DNA of 59,803 nucleotides from a virus (lineage: Duplodnaviria; Caudoviricetes), in IMG/VR virus record IMGVR_UViG_3300033993_001438, positions 1 through 59,803 of that record. One strand, given 5' to 3'. Below the pieces are notes generated by a model. It searched no databases. It saw nothing but the letters and a program-made list of their open reading frames with translations, and was not told the origin of the DNA. Below, one piece after another: positions 18,267-27,436 of the stretch (positions within the stretch are counted from its first letter, which is position 1; every line of letters begins with the position of its first letter). Made by a program: the position numbers and the translations under genes.

Positions 18267-21200
18267 TAGCCAGCCCCCTCAATGGCGATGCTGCGAAGCA
18301 CTACCGGCTCAGACGCAGTGCCGGCCACAATCGCGGCCATGTGCCGGTCGCCGCCGGCGGACTGGACGCCCGGGTTTCGCCCTGAGTAGCTGGCGCGGGC
18401 GACTCCGCTAGCGTCCCCCAGAGCCGAGCGGGTCAGCTTCATGTTGAGACTGGCGCCGCCGCCGGCCTCAGCAACAAAGCCAGACCCGCGGTCGCTGGAG
18501 ACTGCATTGGATCGCGGGCTGGCGGAGTTGTTGTACGCAAGCTGCAGCGACAGGGATGAGTCGTTGACAGTTGGCTTGTACAGGAACGTGATAGATCGGC
18601 TGCCGTCGTCGTTTGTCAGCGGTAGCTCCGCTGTCCGGTACGAATACGGGATGGCCGTGCCACTGTCGGTAGACCCTGAGGGCTTGAGGATCGCACCGCT
18701 GCCGGAGCCGTACAGAGGCACCTGCTTCCCAGACGCGTCCACGTAGCACCCGGCCGTGACCGGGAAGGGGAACGTCTCTTCCCACCACGCCTTGGTGGAT
18801 ATGCAGTAGCACAGCGCCCGCTGCGGAGTGGATCCGGTGTCGCCGGCCTGGCGGTAGAAGAACCGCACAACGCGGGCCCCGGTGTCGGCCTCCACGTGGA
18901 ACGTGCTGGAGGAGGCGAAGTCGATCAGGCCGTCACGCCAGAAGTTGTCGATGGGCACCGAGACGGCTGTCTCCGACTGCCCGTCATAGGAGTACATCCC
19001 AAACGAATCGACCAGGAACGCCTCGCCGCCGAGGACACACCAGCAACGGCTGTTGAGGACTCCGCGGTAGGCGCCGAGAACGATGGCCGCATCTATGACC
19101 GGCTGGGCAACGTATGAAAGTCTGTATAAGTGAGCCGTTTGCACCAAAAGCAACGACGGCCCAAGGGGAACCATGGCCGCAAGTTTGTCCGGTTCGCCAG
19201 TGTTCTCCTGGATGACAAGCTCGTTATCCACGGGGACGGACTCCGGCTCATCAATCTCGGAGAACATGACGGAGTTTGGCCGCTCACCCGTGCTGTCCAC
19301 GCCATACCAAGCGCGATCCTGGAACATGCACGCCACCTGGAACTCACCAGGCGGCACGGCAAACCTGCGAGCGTTGACCTGCCCGGAGGGGAGCGTGATG
19401 GGCAACAGCCCGTAGTCGGCCCGCGAGACGTCCGTGAGCTGCGTGTCGCTTGTTGAGTCCACATACGGCGACAGCCCGGCGAGCGGAAGGGTCGCCACCC
19501 GGAACAGCACTACGGACTGGTCTGCAGTTGTGCGCCACAGCTCAACGTGTGTTGCCCGGGCGTCTGCGTGCGTGGTGTTGACGGTCCACGTGATAGACCC
19601 TGAGCCGTCCGGGATATCGACTTCTGTGAGGTCGGAGATCGAAGACGGGATGGGGCCTCCGCGCGACGACGGCGTGGAGTCCAGATACCGGAACGCACAG
19701 CGGTACTTGCCGCGGAGTACGGGCCGAATGGTAGCGGACGCCCGGGAAGAGGTGTTTAGGATGACCGCGGTGGGCGGCTTTGAGTAAGCACCTCCCGCCA
19801 GAACGGTCACGCCCGTGAGCCTGCCCTTGGTGTCCACGCCACACGTGAGGGCCGCGCCGCCGCCAAAGAAGTCGTCCTTGGCAGGGATAATAGAAATGAT
19901 CGGCGGCGTCATGTATCCGCCGCCCGCCTCTGCAGGAGGTGGCCCTTCGCTCGGCCAGCCCAGGATGCCTACCTCTCCGGCTGGGTTCACAGATGCCACG
20001 GCAAAGAACTGATCGACCTCAAAGAGCCGCCGCGCAGTGTCGCCCTTGAGATGCACCGTCACGCCGGGTTCAGTGCAACCTGTTCCTCCGGACGTAACCA
20101 CCACGCCGTCGATCTTCCCGCCGCTAGTAAGGATCAGCCTGGCGTTCTGCCCTGTCAGTCCGTTTGTGACGCCCCACTGCAGCGCTTGCGTGGCCGCAAC
20201 CGAGGTTCCTCGCGCAGCCGTGGCCGCTGCCGTGGACGCGGGCGAGCCGCCAGAGAACGTCACAGACGGATTGCTGGTGTACCCGTAGCCACCGTTCACA
20301 AGGTTGACATGCGAAACCCGCGTCTCCATGGTGGCGGCAACCGTGGCGCCGGTGCCCCCGCCGCCGGACAAAAAGATCGCGGGGGCAGACGTATACCCAG
20401 ATCCGGGGCTGGCTACGTACACCGCCCCCACGGCAGATCCAGTCAGAGAACACGTGCCCGCTGCGCCGGTGCCGCCGCCGCCACTAAACGTCAACGTCGG
20501 AGCCGTGGTGTACCCAGATCCGCCGGCGACAATCCCAAGGCCGCCGACAACCTTGTGCATTACAGCAACCGCCGAAGCCCCAGTCCCGCCACCGCCAGTA
20601 AGCGAGACGGTGGGCGTGCTGAGGTACTGGGACCCCCCGCTGGAAACGTAGACGCCAGCCACTTCGTCTTCGTTGTTGCTGGCGACGACACGCACGCGGC
20701 TCACGCCGCCGACCAGGCCGACGCTGAACGTTGCGCCGCTGCCAATGCCAGATGCCAGCGAGACGGACGGAGTCTCCTGGTAACCAACTCCAGGGTCTTC
20801 GACAATCACGCCCGTGAGACGGCCGTCGGATATCTCGGCGCGAGCCCGTGCCGCCCGGCTCGGCGTGCCCCCGGTAAACACAACCGTGGGGGCGTTGTTG
20901 TACCCGGCACCGCTGTTGACAATCTGGACGTCTTCGACCTCGTAGCGGACCGTAGAGCTTTGCGTGATCGTAGGGCCAACCGCCGGCTGCGCGACGCCGA
21001 TAGGCTGGGCGGAGGCAGCAGCCCCGTCCCAGCGAATCCCACGCCCCATGCCGTCAACGCCGTAGACGTCTCCGTTTCGCCCCCGGAAGAACGTCAGGTA
21101 CTTCTGGCCAGACTGCACGTACGCAGTTCCTGCCGCACCTGTTCCGCCCCCGCCAGAGAAGGCCAACGTCGGAGCCGTGGTAAAGCCCGTCCCCTGCGAC

Positions 21201-21370
21201 CGGATGAGCAGCTCCGCCACGCGGGTGCCGGCCATCACGGCAACGACGGTCGCCCCCGTGCCGCCACCGCCAGAGACAGTGATGGACGGAGGGGCGGTGT
21301 ATCCGGACCCACCCGTGGCCACCGCGGCCCGGACAATGCCTCCGCTCGTACGGCTAGACAACACGCTCAC
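18266..21370 (-). CDS. Tail nozzle/stabilisation protein with Gly-rich SGYT.AP repeats
   Basis: Repeated GGSGYTxAPxxxxSGGGGTGA units; C-terminal propeller-like region (FQDRAWY, FSEIDEPES, VSVPIDNFW). Confidence 0.7.
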   Translation of the reverse strand: MSVLSSRTSGGIVRAAVATGGSGYTAPPSITVSGGGGTGATVVAVMAGTRVAELLIRSQGTGFTTAPTLAFSGGGGTGAAGTAYVQSGQKYLTFFRGRNGDVYGVDGMGRGIRWDGAAASAQPIGVAQPAVGPTITQSSTVRYEVEDVQIVNSGAGYNNAPTVVFTGGTPSRAARARAEISDGRLTGVIVEDPGVGYQETPSVSLASGIGSGATFSVGLVGGVSRVRVVASNNEDEVAGVYVSSGGSQYLSTPTVSLTGGGGTGASAVAVMHKVVGGLGIVAGGSGYTTAPTLTFSGGGGTGAAGTCSLTGSAVGAVYVASPGSGYTSAPAIFLSGGGGTGATVAATMETRVSHVNLVNGGYGYTSNPSVTFSGGSPASTAAATAARGTSVAATQALQWGVTNGLTGQNARLILTSGGKIDGVVVTSGGTGCTEPGVTVHLKGDTARRLFEVDQFFAVASVNPAGEVGILGWPSEGPPPAEAGGGYMTPPIISIIPAKDDFFGGGAALTCGVDTKGRLTGVTVLAGGAYSKPPTAVILNTSSRASATIRPVLRGKYRCAFRYLDSTPSSRGGPIPSSISDLTEVDIPDGSGSITWTVNTTHADARATHVELWRTTADQSVVLFRVATLPLAGLSPYVDSTSDTQLTDVSRADYGLLPITLPSGQVNARRFAVPPGEFQVACMFQDRAWYGVDSTGERPNSVMFSEIDEPESVPVDNELVIQENTGEPDKLAAMVPLGPSLLLVQTAHLYRLSYVAQPVIDAAIVLGAYRGVLNSRCWCVLGGEAFLVDSFGMYSYDGQSETAVSVPIDNFWRDGLIDFASSSTFHVEADTGARVVRFFYRQAGDTGSTPQRALCYCISTKAWWEETFPFPVTAGCYVDASGKQVPLYGSGSGAILKPSGSTDSGTAIPYSYRTAELPLTNDDGSRSITFLYKPTVNDSSLSLQLAYNNSASPRSNAVSSDRGSGFVAEAGGGASLNMKLTRSALGDASGVARASYSGRNPGVQSAGGDRHMAAIVAGTASEPVVLRSIAIEGAG

Positions 21371-21633
21371 TGCGGGCCCCTCGCTATCCTCACGCTGCCG
21401 TCCGCAGACTGGTAGATGACGCCCTCAGGCAAGCCAGGCAGTCGCATCATGCGGACGATGGCAGATGCGGAACCAGTGTGAGACGTAAACGAAACCGCCG
21501 CGGTGCCAGGCCGCAGCGAAACCTGGCCAGGAACAATGACCTGCAGGTTCACCTGCGTCACCGCTGCGCCCGGGGGTATGGCATAGGGGCTTGCGTTGGT
21601 CACCAAGCCGGCCCACTTGTCGATGACAATCAT
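21367..21633 (-). CDS. Small tail protein resembling a nozzle N-terminus
   Basis: WAGLVTNASPYAIPPGAA...NL...PGQVSLRPG; GTGA overlap with the next gene. Confidence 0.6.
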   Translation of the reverse strand: MIVIDKWAGLVTNASPYAIPPGAAVTQVNLQVIVPGQVSLRPGTAAVSFTSHTGSASAIVRMMRLPGLPEGVIYQSADGSVRIARGPQ

Positions 21634-22760
21634 CCGCCATCCGCCTGGAGCGGCGACCTCCATCCACCGTCATGCCAGACTTCCCGCGAACGCCCAGACA
21701 GCGGAGCTAGCTGGTCCATCTCCATCGCGAGCCGAAGGTCGCGCTGGTACAGCTGCGCCGCCTTTTCCACATCCTTGCCGCGAATCCTGGCAAGGAAGTA
21801 ATCGCACGCCGAATCCATCACGCCATACATGTGGGCCGGGATGTCGATTGGGTCCGTGATGAGATAGCGGGTTGTGCTGGCGATTGTCCCCGTGGCGTCG
21901 GTTTGCATTGAGGTGGCGCTGGTGCGCGTCGTAATCAGACTTTCCGCAACCCAGGGCGTCAGGGACTCAATGGTGCCCGGCGAGTCCGCAGTGGTGCCGA
22001 CACGCAAGATTGCGCCGGCTGCATCGGCCGGGAAGGCGGTTCCAGAGCCAGTGATGGTTCGCACGGAGCGAGCTATCGTCCCTTGGCGAAGCGCTGCCTC
22101 ATGCCCGGAGTACTTCAGCGGCCTGGCGGACCTGCGATAGGTGAAGTCGATGGTTTCGACGCCGCTGGGATATCCGACCAGCTTGAGCGCCCAGCCCGTA
22201 GACAGCGGATCCTTGATGACCGTCCAGTGATACGGCGCCCCAGCAGAGGTGTTGACGCGCTCTGTCTTCATCGCCTGGTCCGGAGTCACGTACATCCCAG
22301 ACCACCAGTTGAACTCGTCGGACGGCTCGTCAAGGTTCCGGAAATCGCTCGGCAGCGCGTAGATGCTCTTGTAAAACGTGAGCGTGTCGCCGGGCTGCAA
22401 GGTGTCTGCAGGAAGCGGAACGGCGGTGCTGATCGACCAGGCCGTGTTGGTGCCAGGATCAAGGCACTTTTCGATCTGCGCGACGCGGTCGCCGGCGCGA
22501 ATGTGCGTGTAGTCGCTTGCCGGCAATCCGGCCTGCGTGTAGACAACCGGGCCATCAACGTATGAGACAGATGCCGTCTGCGAGGGCCTGGTGATCACCC
22601 GGCCATGCACGTGGTAGTAGGACCAGTCCCTGATCGTCGTCAGCTCGTTGTACGCCCGGTGTATGGCCGTGCGAATGTCCCGCTGCTCCGCGTCCTGGGG
22701 GCCGCCGTAGGACGAGGTGATCAGCGACTCAACGAGATCGAAGTAGGTCAGGTAGGCCAT
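21630..22760 (-). CDS. Head-tail adaptor (tail tubular protein A-like)
   Basis: TYFDLV...AIHRAY..L...RDWSY and YALPSDF motifs; gene position. Confidence 0.7.
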   Translation of the reverse strand: MAYLTYFDLVESLITSSYGGPQDAEQRDIRTAIHRAYNELTTIRDWSYYHVHGRVITRPSQTASVSYVDGPVVYTQAGLPASDYTHIRAGDRVAQIEKCLDPGTNTAWSISTAVPLPADTLQPGDTLTFYKSIYALPSDFRNLDEPSDEFNWWSGMYVTPDQAMKTERVNTSAGAPYHWTVIKDPLSTGWALKLVGYPSGVETIDFTYRRSARPLKYSGHEAALRQGTIARSVRTITGSGTAFPADAAGAILRVGTTADSPGTIESLTPWVAESLITTRTSATSMQTDATGTIASTTRYLITDPIDIPAHMYGVMDSACDYFLARIRGKDVEKAAQLYQRDLRLAMEMDQLAPLSGRSREVWHDGGWRSPLQADGG

Positions 22761-22845
22761 GGAAATGGATCACAAATAGGTCACGGGCCTACAGACAAGT
22801 GCCCCTCCAGGCCCGGGGAAGAGCCTGAAGGGGCACCAAAACCGA

Positions 22846-23142
22846 TCAGGACTCCGAAACGAGCGTCACGCCCAGGCCGCTGGGGTCAGCCGGCGGGATG
22901 GTGTCCAGGGCCTCAAACGCCAGGGTGGCGGCGCCAGAGCGGTTTCCCGCGTCATCGACGTCCACCAGCGAGAGGATGACGTTCGCCCCCTGCGAGACGG
23001 TCAGCTCATCGAACTTGCTGGTATCGCCGGGGTACGCCTTGGAAGAAGACTCCCCGTCTACGGTCACGGTCAGCAGCCGCTCAACAACGTCCACATCGGA
23101 CGCAGGGGCGGCCACAATCGAATAGGTCAACTGATTGGGCAC
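22846..23142 (-). CDS. Small Fn3/Ig-like beta protein
   Basis: AGGAG RBS then GTG 23142; VDDAGNRS...DTIPP motif. An alternative start exists at 23229. Confidence 0.6.
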   Translation of the reverse strand: MPNQLTYSIVAAPASDVDVVERLLTVTVDGESSSKAYPGDTSKFDELTVSQGANVILSLVDVDDAGNRSGAATLAFEALDTIPPADPSGLGVTLVSES

Positions 23143-23236
23143 GGTCTTGCTCCTGGGGTAAACAGACAAACACTGCGGAACCAGCAAGGCGCGCCTGAGA
23201 CGATCAATCGCGCTTCCGGTCCACCACATATCAATG

Positions 23237-23551
23237 TCACTCTTGGGGGGTTTCGCTAACCACCAACCCCGCCACCTCGCTCATCGGCACCACCTCCACC
23301 TGCGCCATGATCTCAGGCGTCATGAACGCGAACGCCTGCGCCAGAATCCCTCCCTCGCCAACCTCCGATAGAACGTCGCCGCACAGCATCCAGCGGCCGT
23401 CGGTGAGTTGCCGCCCAGCCGGAACGTGACGCGGATCGCCATGCTCCTGTTGCACGCCGTACAGCGTGACGGCGACCTCGTAGGGGTAGACGAGCGCGAG
23501 GTCTTTGCACTCGGCGTAGGGCAGCGGAAGGGTGAGGCCGGAGAGGAGCAT
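23237..23551 (-). CDS. Tail fibre-associated protein
   Basis: Translationally coupled to the fibre gene (TGATG). Confidence 0.65.
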   Translation of the reverse strand: MLLSGLTLPLPYAECKDLALVYPYEVAVTLYGVQQEHGDPRHVPAGRQLTDGRWMLCGDVLSEVGEGGILAQAFAFMTPEIMAQVEVVPMSEVAGLVVSETPQE

Positions 23552-26500
23552 CAGGCGTTCCTGTTGAGGGCGGTCTGAAACGCCTGCATCGCAGTGTTGT
23601 ACGCGACGGCCTGATCGTCATTGAGGCCAAGTCCGATGCTGTACGCTCGCATCGCGTGTTCCCAAGGGCTTGCGCCCGCAGTTCCCGACACGTTCCGCGT
23701 AAATACCATGTAGGGGTGCGAGTTAGCACCAGGAGTTGTGGCACTGGTAGCTCCAGTGGCGATTTTGGTGCCGTTTTGCCACAGATACAACTCTGACGAT
23801 GAGACTCGCGTGCCGATCAAAAACGAAGCACTTGTCGATATTGGAAAATCGTTGATTGCCGCGACGGCACCGCCAAGAAGAACGGACATCGACGGGATTG
23901 TCGATGCCGGATAGCGGCACTGCATCGTATAGAAGTCATCGGAATCGCGCGTTCCCATGAACTCTCGCGTGGTGTTCCATGTGCCGCTTCCCTTGAACGC
24001 AGCCATATGAACAGTCTGCGGCACGCCCATATTGTCAGGCGACATTCCTGTGTTGAGATGCTTGCCGATGCCGTCACCGTCCAGGCCGTTCGACTCCGCG
24101 TAGTCCCCGCTAACAAACGGCCCGACGTTTGTATCCACCGTGCCGCCATACTGCGTCCCGCCCAGCGACGGCCCGCGATAGAGCGGAACGAGTGCGGAGT
24201 TGATGCCCGCCGCCGTGCCACTGGTGCCGCCGCAGAAAAGGTTCAGGCGGAAGAAGCGGTCGCGAATCGAAGCCGCTTCGATGTCCACGCAGAACTGGTT
24301 CACCGCAGCCGCCGTGCTGGCACTCACCGTGCCGCCGTTGGCGTAGACCCGGTTGATCCAGTCCTGCGCGTCGGCGTTGGAGACTTGCGGGGCGAGGGTG
24401 ATGCCCCAGCGAGATGCGAGATAGCGTTCAACGCGAGCAATCTGCGCATCCGTTAGGTCGGATTGGTAGACGAGCAACTCCGCTATCTGGCCGTTCCAAA
24501 ACTGGTCGTTCGCGCTATTCCTAAACCTACAGCCAACTCTATTGGCACCACCCGCGTCCTGCACGGCCACAGTGAACGGCAGGCCGCTGCCGTTGACTCG
24601 GCCTACGAGCCCGCCGCCGCCAGAAGACTGCGATGACGTAAGCAGGAAGGATGCGCCAAGTACGTCGATTTTGTCTGCGGTGAACGACGAGCGTGAGGAG
24701 TTGTGTGTCAGCCCAATCATCTGCGACGCGCCGGACTGTATGAACTGCGCGTGAATGTATGATGCACCGTCGCTGAAGGCGTATGGAGTTCTCGCTGCGG
24801 TCGTCGTTCCAGAGTTGTGCCGCACAACGCTGAAAACAGTGGCCGGTGTGGTGTCAAGTGCCGCTATGTCAAGACGGTCGTCAGAACCGTCGAAGCCCAG
24901 TGTTCGCCGCCCGTTCAGCGTAGTGGTGCTGACGGTCGGCCTATTCGCCCCCGTCGCCTGCGTAGCGTGCCTCGCGTTCCCGCTCTTGTCGCCCCAGTAC
25001 CCCACCGGAGGCGTGGGGTCAGGGACGTTGGCGATGCCCCATTTGTTCGCGAGGTACTTCTCCACGCGGGCGCGGTCAGTCGCGGAGAGGGCGGTGTTGT
25101 AGACGACGATCTCGGCGATGTCGCCGTTGTAGGAGTTGACAGTCGAAGCCTCAGACCCAACTGAAGCAAGCCCGGAGCCAGCGTTGGCTGGGTCGCCAGA
25201 ACTACCGGCCGCCCCATTGCCGAACAAGGCAATGGATACATCGCTTGCGATAACCCCTGCGGCGACGTTGAAAGACGTTGAGGATGCTCCTGTGGAGAAG
25301 TTTCCACTCCACCAACGCACCTCAGATGTGCCCGCGAACGCGCTTCTGTCCGCGCCGTAACTAAAGATGCGTTGCCCGCCAGTTGGCGATACAGCGCGAG
25401 ACACAATGAAGAAGGTCTGCTGCGACGAGTCTGCCAGCGTTGTCGCGAGGTGGTCGCCCGATCCATCAAACCGCACAACGCTTCTGCCGTTCTGCACTTC
25501 TACCTGAAGCGACGGTCTGTTGCCGGAAGTTGATTGAACGCCGTGTCGCCCGTTTCCGCTCTTGTCCTGCCACCTAGCCACCGCACCGCCCGCTGCGACC
25601 TGCGAGCCGCCGCTTGTTGCGTCGAACATTGAAGTCGCGTCGTCGCCGTCCAGCCACAGCGCACACCCGGCCAGTTCTGTGGGGCTACTGACAGGAGCGA
25701 TCTCGTCGCGAGCGGCGCGGTGGACGCCGCTGACGCCCCACTTGGCCGCGAGGTAGGCTTCGACGCGGGCGCGGTCGGCGGTGGAGAGGGCAGTGTTGAA
25801 GACTACGATCTCCGCGATCTCTCCATTCCAGAATCCGAATGTTCCGCCAGCCTGCGTCCCGACCGAGACAGAAGATGCCACGTTGTCACTGACGCCAGCC
25901 GCCATGTAGGTTGTGTCGGCGGCGTATGTCATTCCGTTGCGAAGGCCGGTCAACGACTGCGCCGTGTGATTGACAACGGCCGATTGAACAAATGCGGCTC
26001 CGGCTGTCAGTTCGCCGGATGTGCCGATGACGCTTTCCAGGGTGTCTCCGCCAACGCGACGGCCGCCAATAGACGAGCGGCTATCGGTCTGCCCGGAGCG
26101 GAACAGCACCGTTATCCCAACTCCAAATGCAAACCGTTCGCCAGCAGCGACTGTTGCCGTCCGCAGCACCTTGAACACGGTATAGCCTGCGAGGTTTCGG
26201 ACAACGTCCTGCGCCGCCGTGTTGCCGGTCATCGTCGTTGAGGAACCGTTGAACGTCACAGCACTGCGCGAGTTGATCGCCGTCGCCGTGAGCGTTGGCC
26301 GTGCCGTGCCTGTTGCCGTGAAGTCCCTGCCGTTTCCGCTCTTGTCCTTCCACGTTTCGACTAGCGATCCGTTCAGCGTCATGCTCGCCGCCGACGAGTC
26401 CGCACCGTCCAACCACAACGCACACCCACTGATCTCCGTAGGCGCACTCACCGCCGTCACCGGCCCCGCATCGGTGGTGTAGAGCGACGAGGCATCCGCG

Positions 26501-26586
26501 CCGTCCAGCCACAGGGCGAGGCCAGAGATTGAGCGGGGATTGAATCCGCTGCTCGCCGGTCGGAGGGTGCGTGGGGAGAGGGGCAT
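23551..26586 (-). CDS. Tail fibre/receptor-binding protein with three LamG/ConA-like modules
   Basis: Three sets of LWLDG.D, W.DKSGN.R, NG.IAE..V and RVE.YLA..WG motifs. Confidence 0.85.
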   Translation of the reverse strand: MPLSPRTLRPASSGFNPRSISGLALWLDGADASSLYTTDAGPVTAVSAPTEISGCALWLDGADSSAASMTLNGSLVETWKDKSGNGRDFTATGTARPTLTATAINSRSAVTFNGSSTTMTGNTAAQDVVRNLAGYTVFKVLRTATVAAGERFAFGVGITVLFRSGQTDSRSSIGGRRVGGDTLESVIGTSGELTAGAAFVQSAVVNHTAQSLTGLRNGMTYAADTTYMAAGVSDNVASSVSVGTQAGGTFGFWNGEIAEIVVFNTALSTADRARVEAYLAAKWGVSGVHRAARDEIAPVSSPTELAGCALWLDGDDATSMFDATSGGSQVAAGGAVARWQDKSGNGRHGVQSTSGNRPSLQVEVQNGRSVVRFDGSGDHLATTLADSSQQTFFIVSRAVSPTGGQRIFSYGADRSAFAGTSEVRWWSGNFSTGASSTSFNVAAGVIASDVSIALFGNGAAGSSGDPANAGSGLASVGSEASTVNSYNGDIAEIVVYNTALSATDRARVEKYLANKWGIANVPDPTPPVGYWGDKSGNARHATQATGANRPTVSTTTLNGRRTLGFDGSDDRLDIAALDTTPATVFSVVRHNSGTTTAARTPYAFSDGASYIHAQFIQSGASQMIGLTHNSSRSSFTADKIDVLGASFLLTSSQSSGGGGLVGRVNGSGLPFTVAVQDAGGANRVGCRFRNSANDQFWNGQIAELLVYQSDLTDAQIARVERYLASRWGITLAPQVSNADAQDWINRVYANGGTVSASTAAAVNQFCVDIEAASIRDRFFRLNLFCGGTSGTAAGINSALVPLYRGPSLGGTQYGGTVDTNVGPFVSGDYAESNGLDGDGIGKHLNTGMSPDNMGVPQTVHMAAFKGSGTWNTTREFMGTRDSDDFYTMQCRYPASTIPSMSVLLGGAVAAINDFPISTSASFLIGTRVSSSELYLWQNGTKIATGATSATTPGANSHPYMVFTRNVSGTAGASPWEHAMRAYSIGLGLNDDQAVAYNTAMQAFQTALNRNA

Positions 26587-26588
26587 GG

Positions 26589-26915
26589 CTAACCCTTGAC
26601 GCAGACGGTCATGGCACAGGTGGTGGCACCGGCGACCACGGGGGCAACGAACGGAAGCGCGAAGCAGGCGTCCGGGATGGGGTGAATGCCCACCGTCAGC
26701 GCAGTGGTCACCGCAGATCCGTCGGCGTAGATTTGCACAGGCGTGGCCTCTGGGGCGGCGGAGCCATGCCAGTTGATCTGCGTGGCGCCTCCGGTCGCGG
26801 CAATGACAACGCAGCCGCCCGCGAAGTTGCCGAATGCAATCCGCGGCGTGATGGTGTTGGCAGAGCTGGACGCCGTGATGGCGACGGTGTCGCGAAACCG
26901 CGTGATCTCGTTCAT
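26589..26915 (-). CDS. Small beta-rich virion protein
   Basis: Ala/Thr-rich; lies between the portal cluster and the fibre. Confidence 0.7.
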   Translation of the reverse strand: MNEITRFRDTVAITASSSANTITPRIAFGNFAGGCVVIAATGGATQINWHGSAAPEATPVQIYADGSAVTTALTVGIHPIPDACFALPFVAPVVAGATTCAMTVCVKG

Positions 26916-27436
26916 TTCTTCCTCTTCAGGGCGTGCTTGGAGATAACCATTTCCCGCAGCTCGGCGGTCTTCTTGCCAGGGTGCAGCTTGCGGTAGTGCC
27001 GGATGTCGTCTCGGATGATTCGTTCACTCAGGGCAGGGGGCCTCTGCGGGATCTGGGTGCCCTTGTGGCTGACGATTCCCTCCACCGTCAGGTTGCGTTT
27101 CTTGGCGACACGCAGGACGTCGGCGGTGGAATCCACCCACGCCTCCGGGTCCCGGTGGGCCCGCTGGTCGGCCAGCCCGCCAACGTAGGTCTTCCCATGA
27201 GGGTTAATGCCCGCGGAACGAGCATCGCTGAGAATCCTTTGGGCCTGACGCTTGGGCATGTCGTCCAGCCACTGGTCGTTCAAGCGGCCCTCCATGAACG
27301 CCCTGTCCGTTCCACGCGTGCCTGGCGGTGTCTGCGTGGCCACCATGAGGGCCCATCGCTCTCCGTAGGGAAGAGCGCGGGTGTAGGTTTCGACGGCGCC
27401 GGAGCCGAGGTCACTGACTTCCTGGGGGACCTGCAT
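26912..27436 (-). CDS. Hypothetical protein downstream of portal
   Basis: 174-aa ORF coupled to its neighbours. Confidence 0.7.
   Translation of the reverse strand: MQVPQEVSDLGSGAVETYTRALPYGERWALMVATQTPPGTRGTDRAFMEGRLNDQWLDDMPKRQAQRILSDARSAGINPHGKTYVGGLADQRAHRDPEAWVDSTADVLRVAKKRNLTVEGIVSHKGTQIPQRPPALSERIIRDDIRHYRKLHPGKKTAELREMVISKHALKRKK

Noticed and set aside
23551-26586. Diversity-generating retroelement acting on the fibre gene
   Set aside because: No reverse transcriptase and no template/variable repeat pair differing at adenines.
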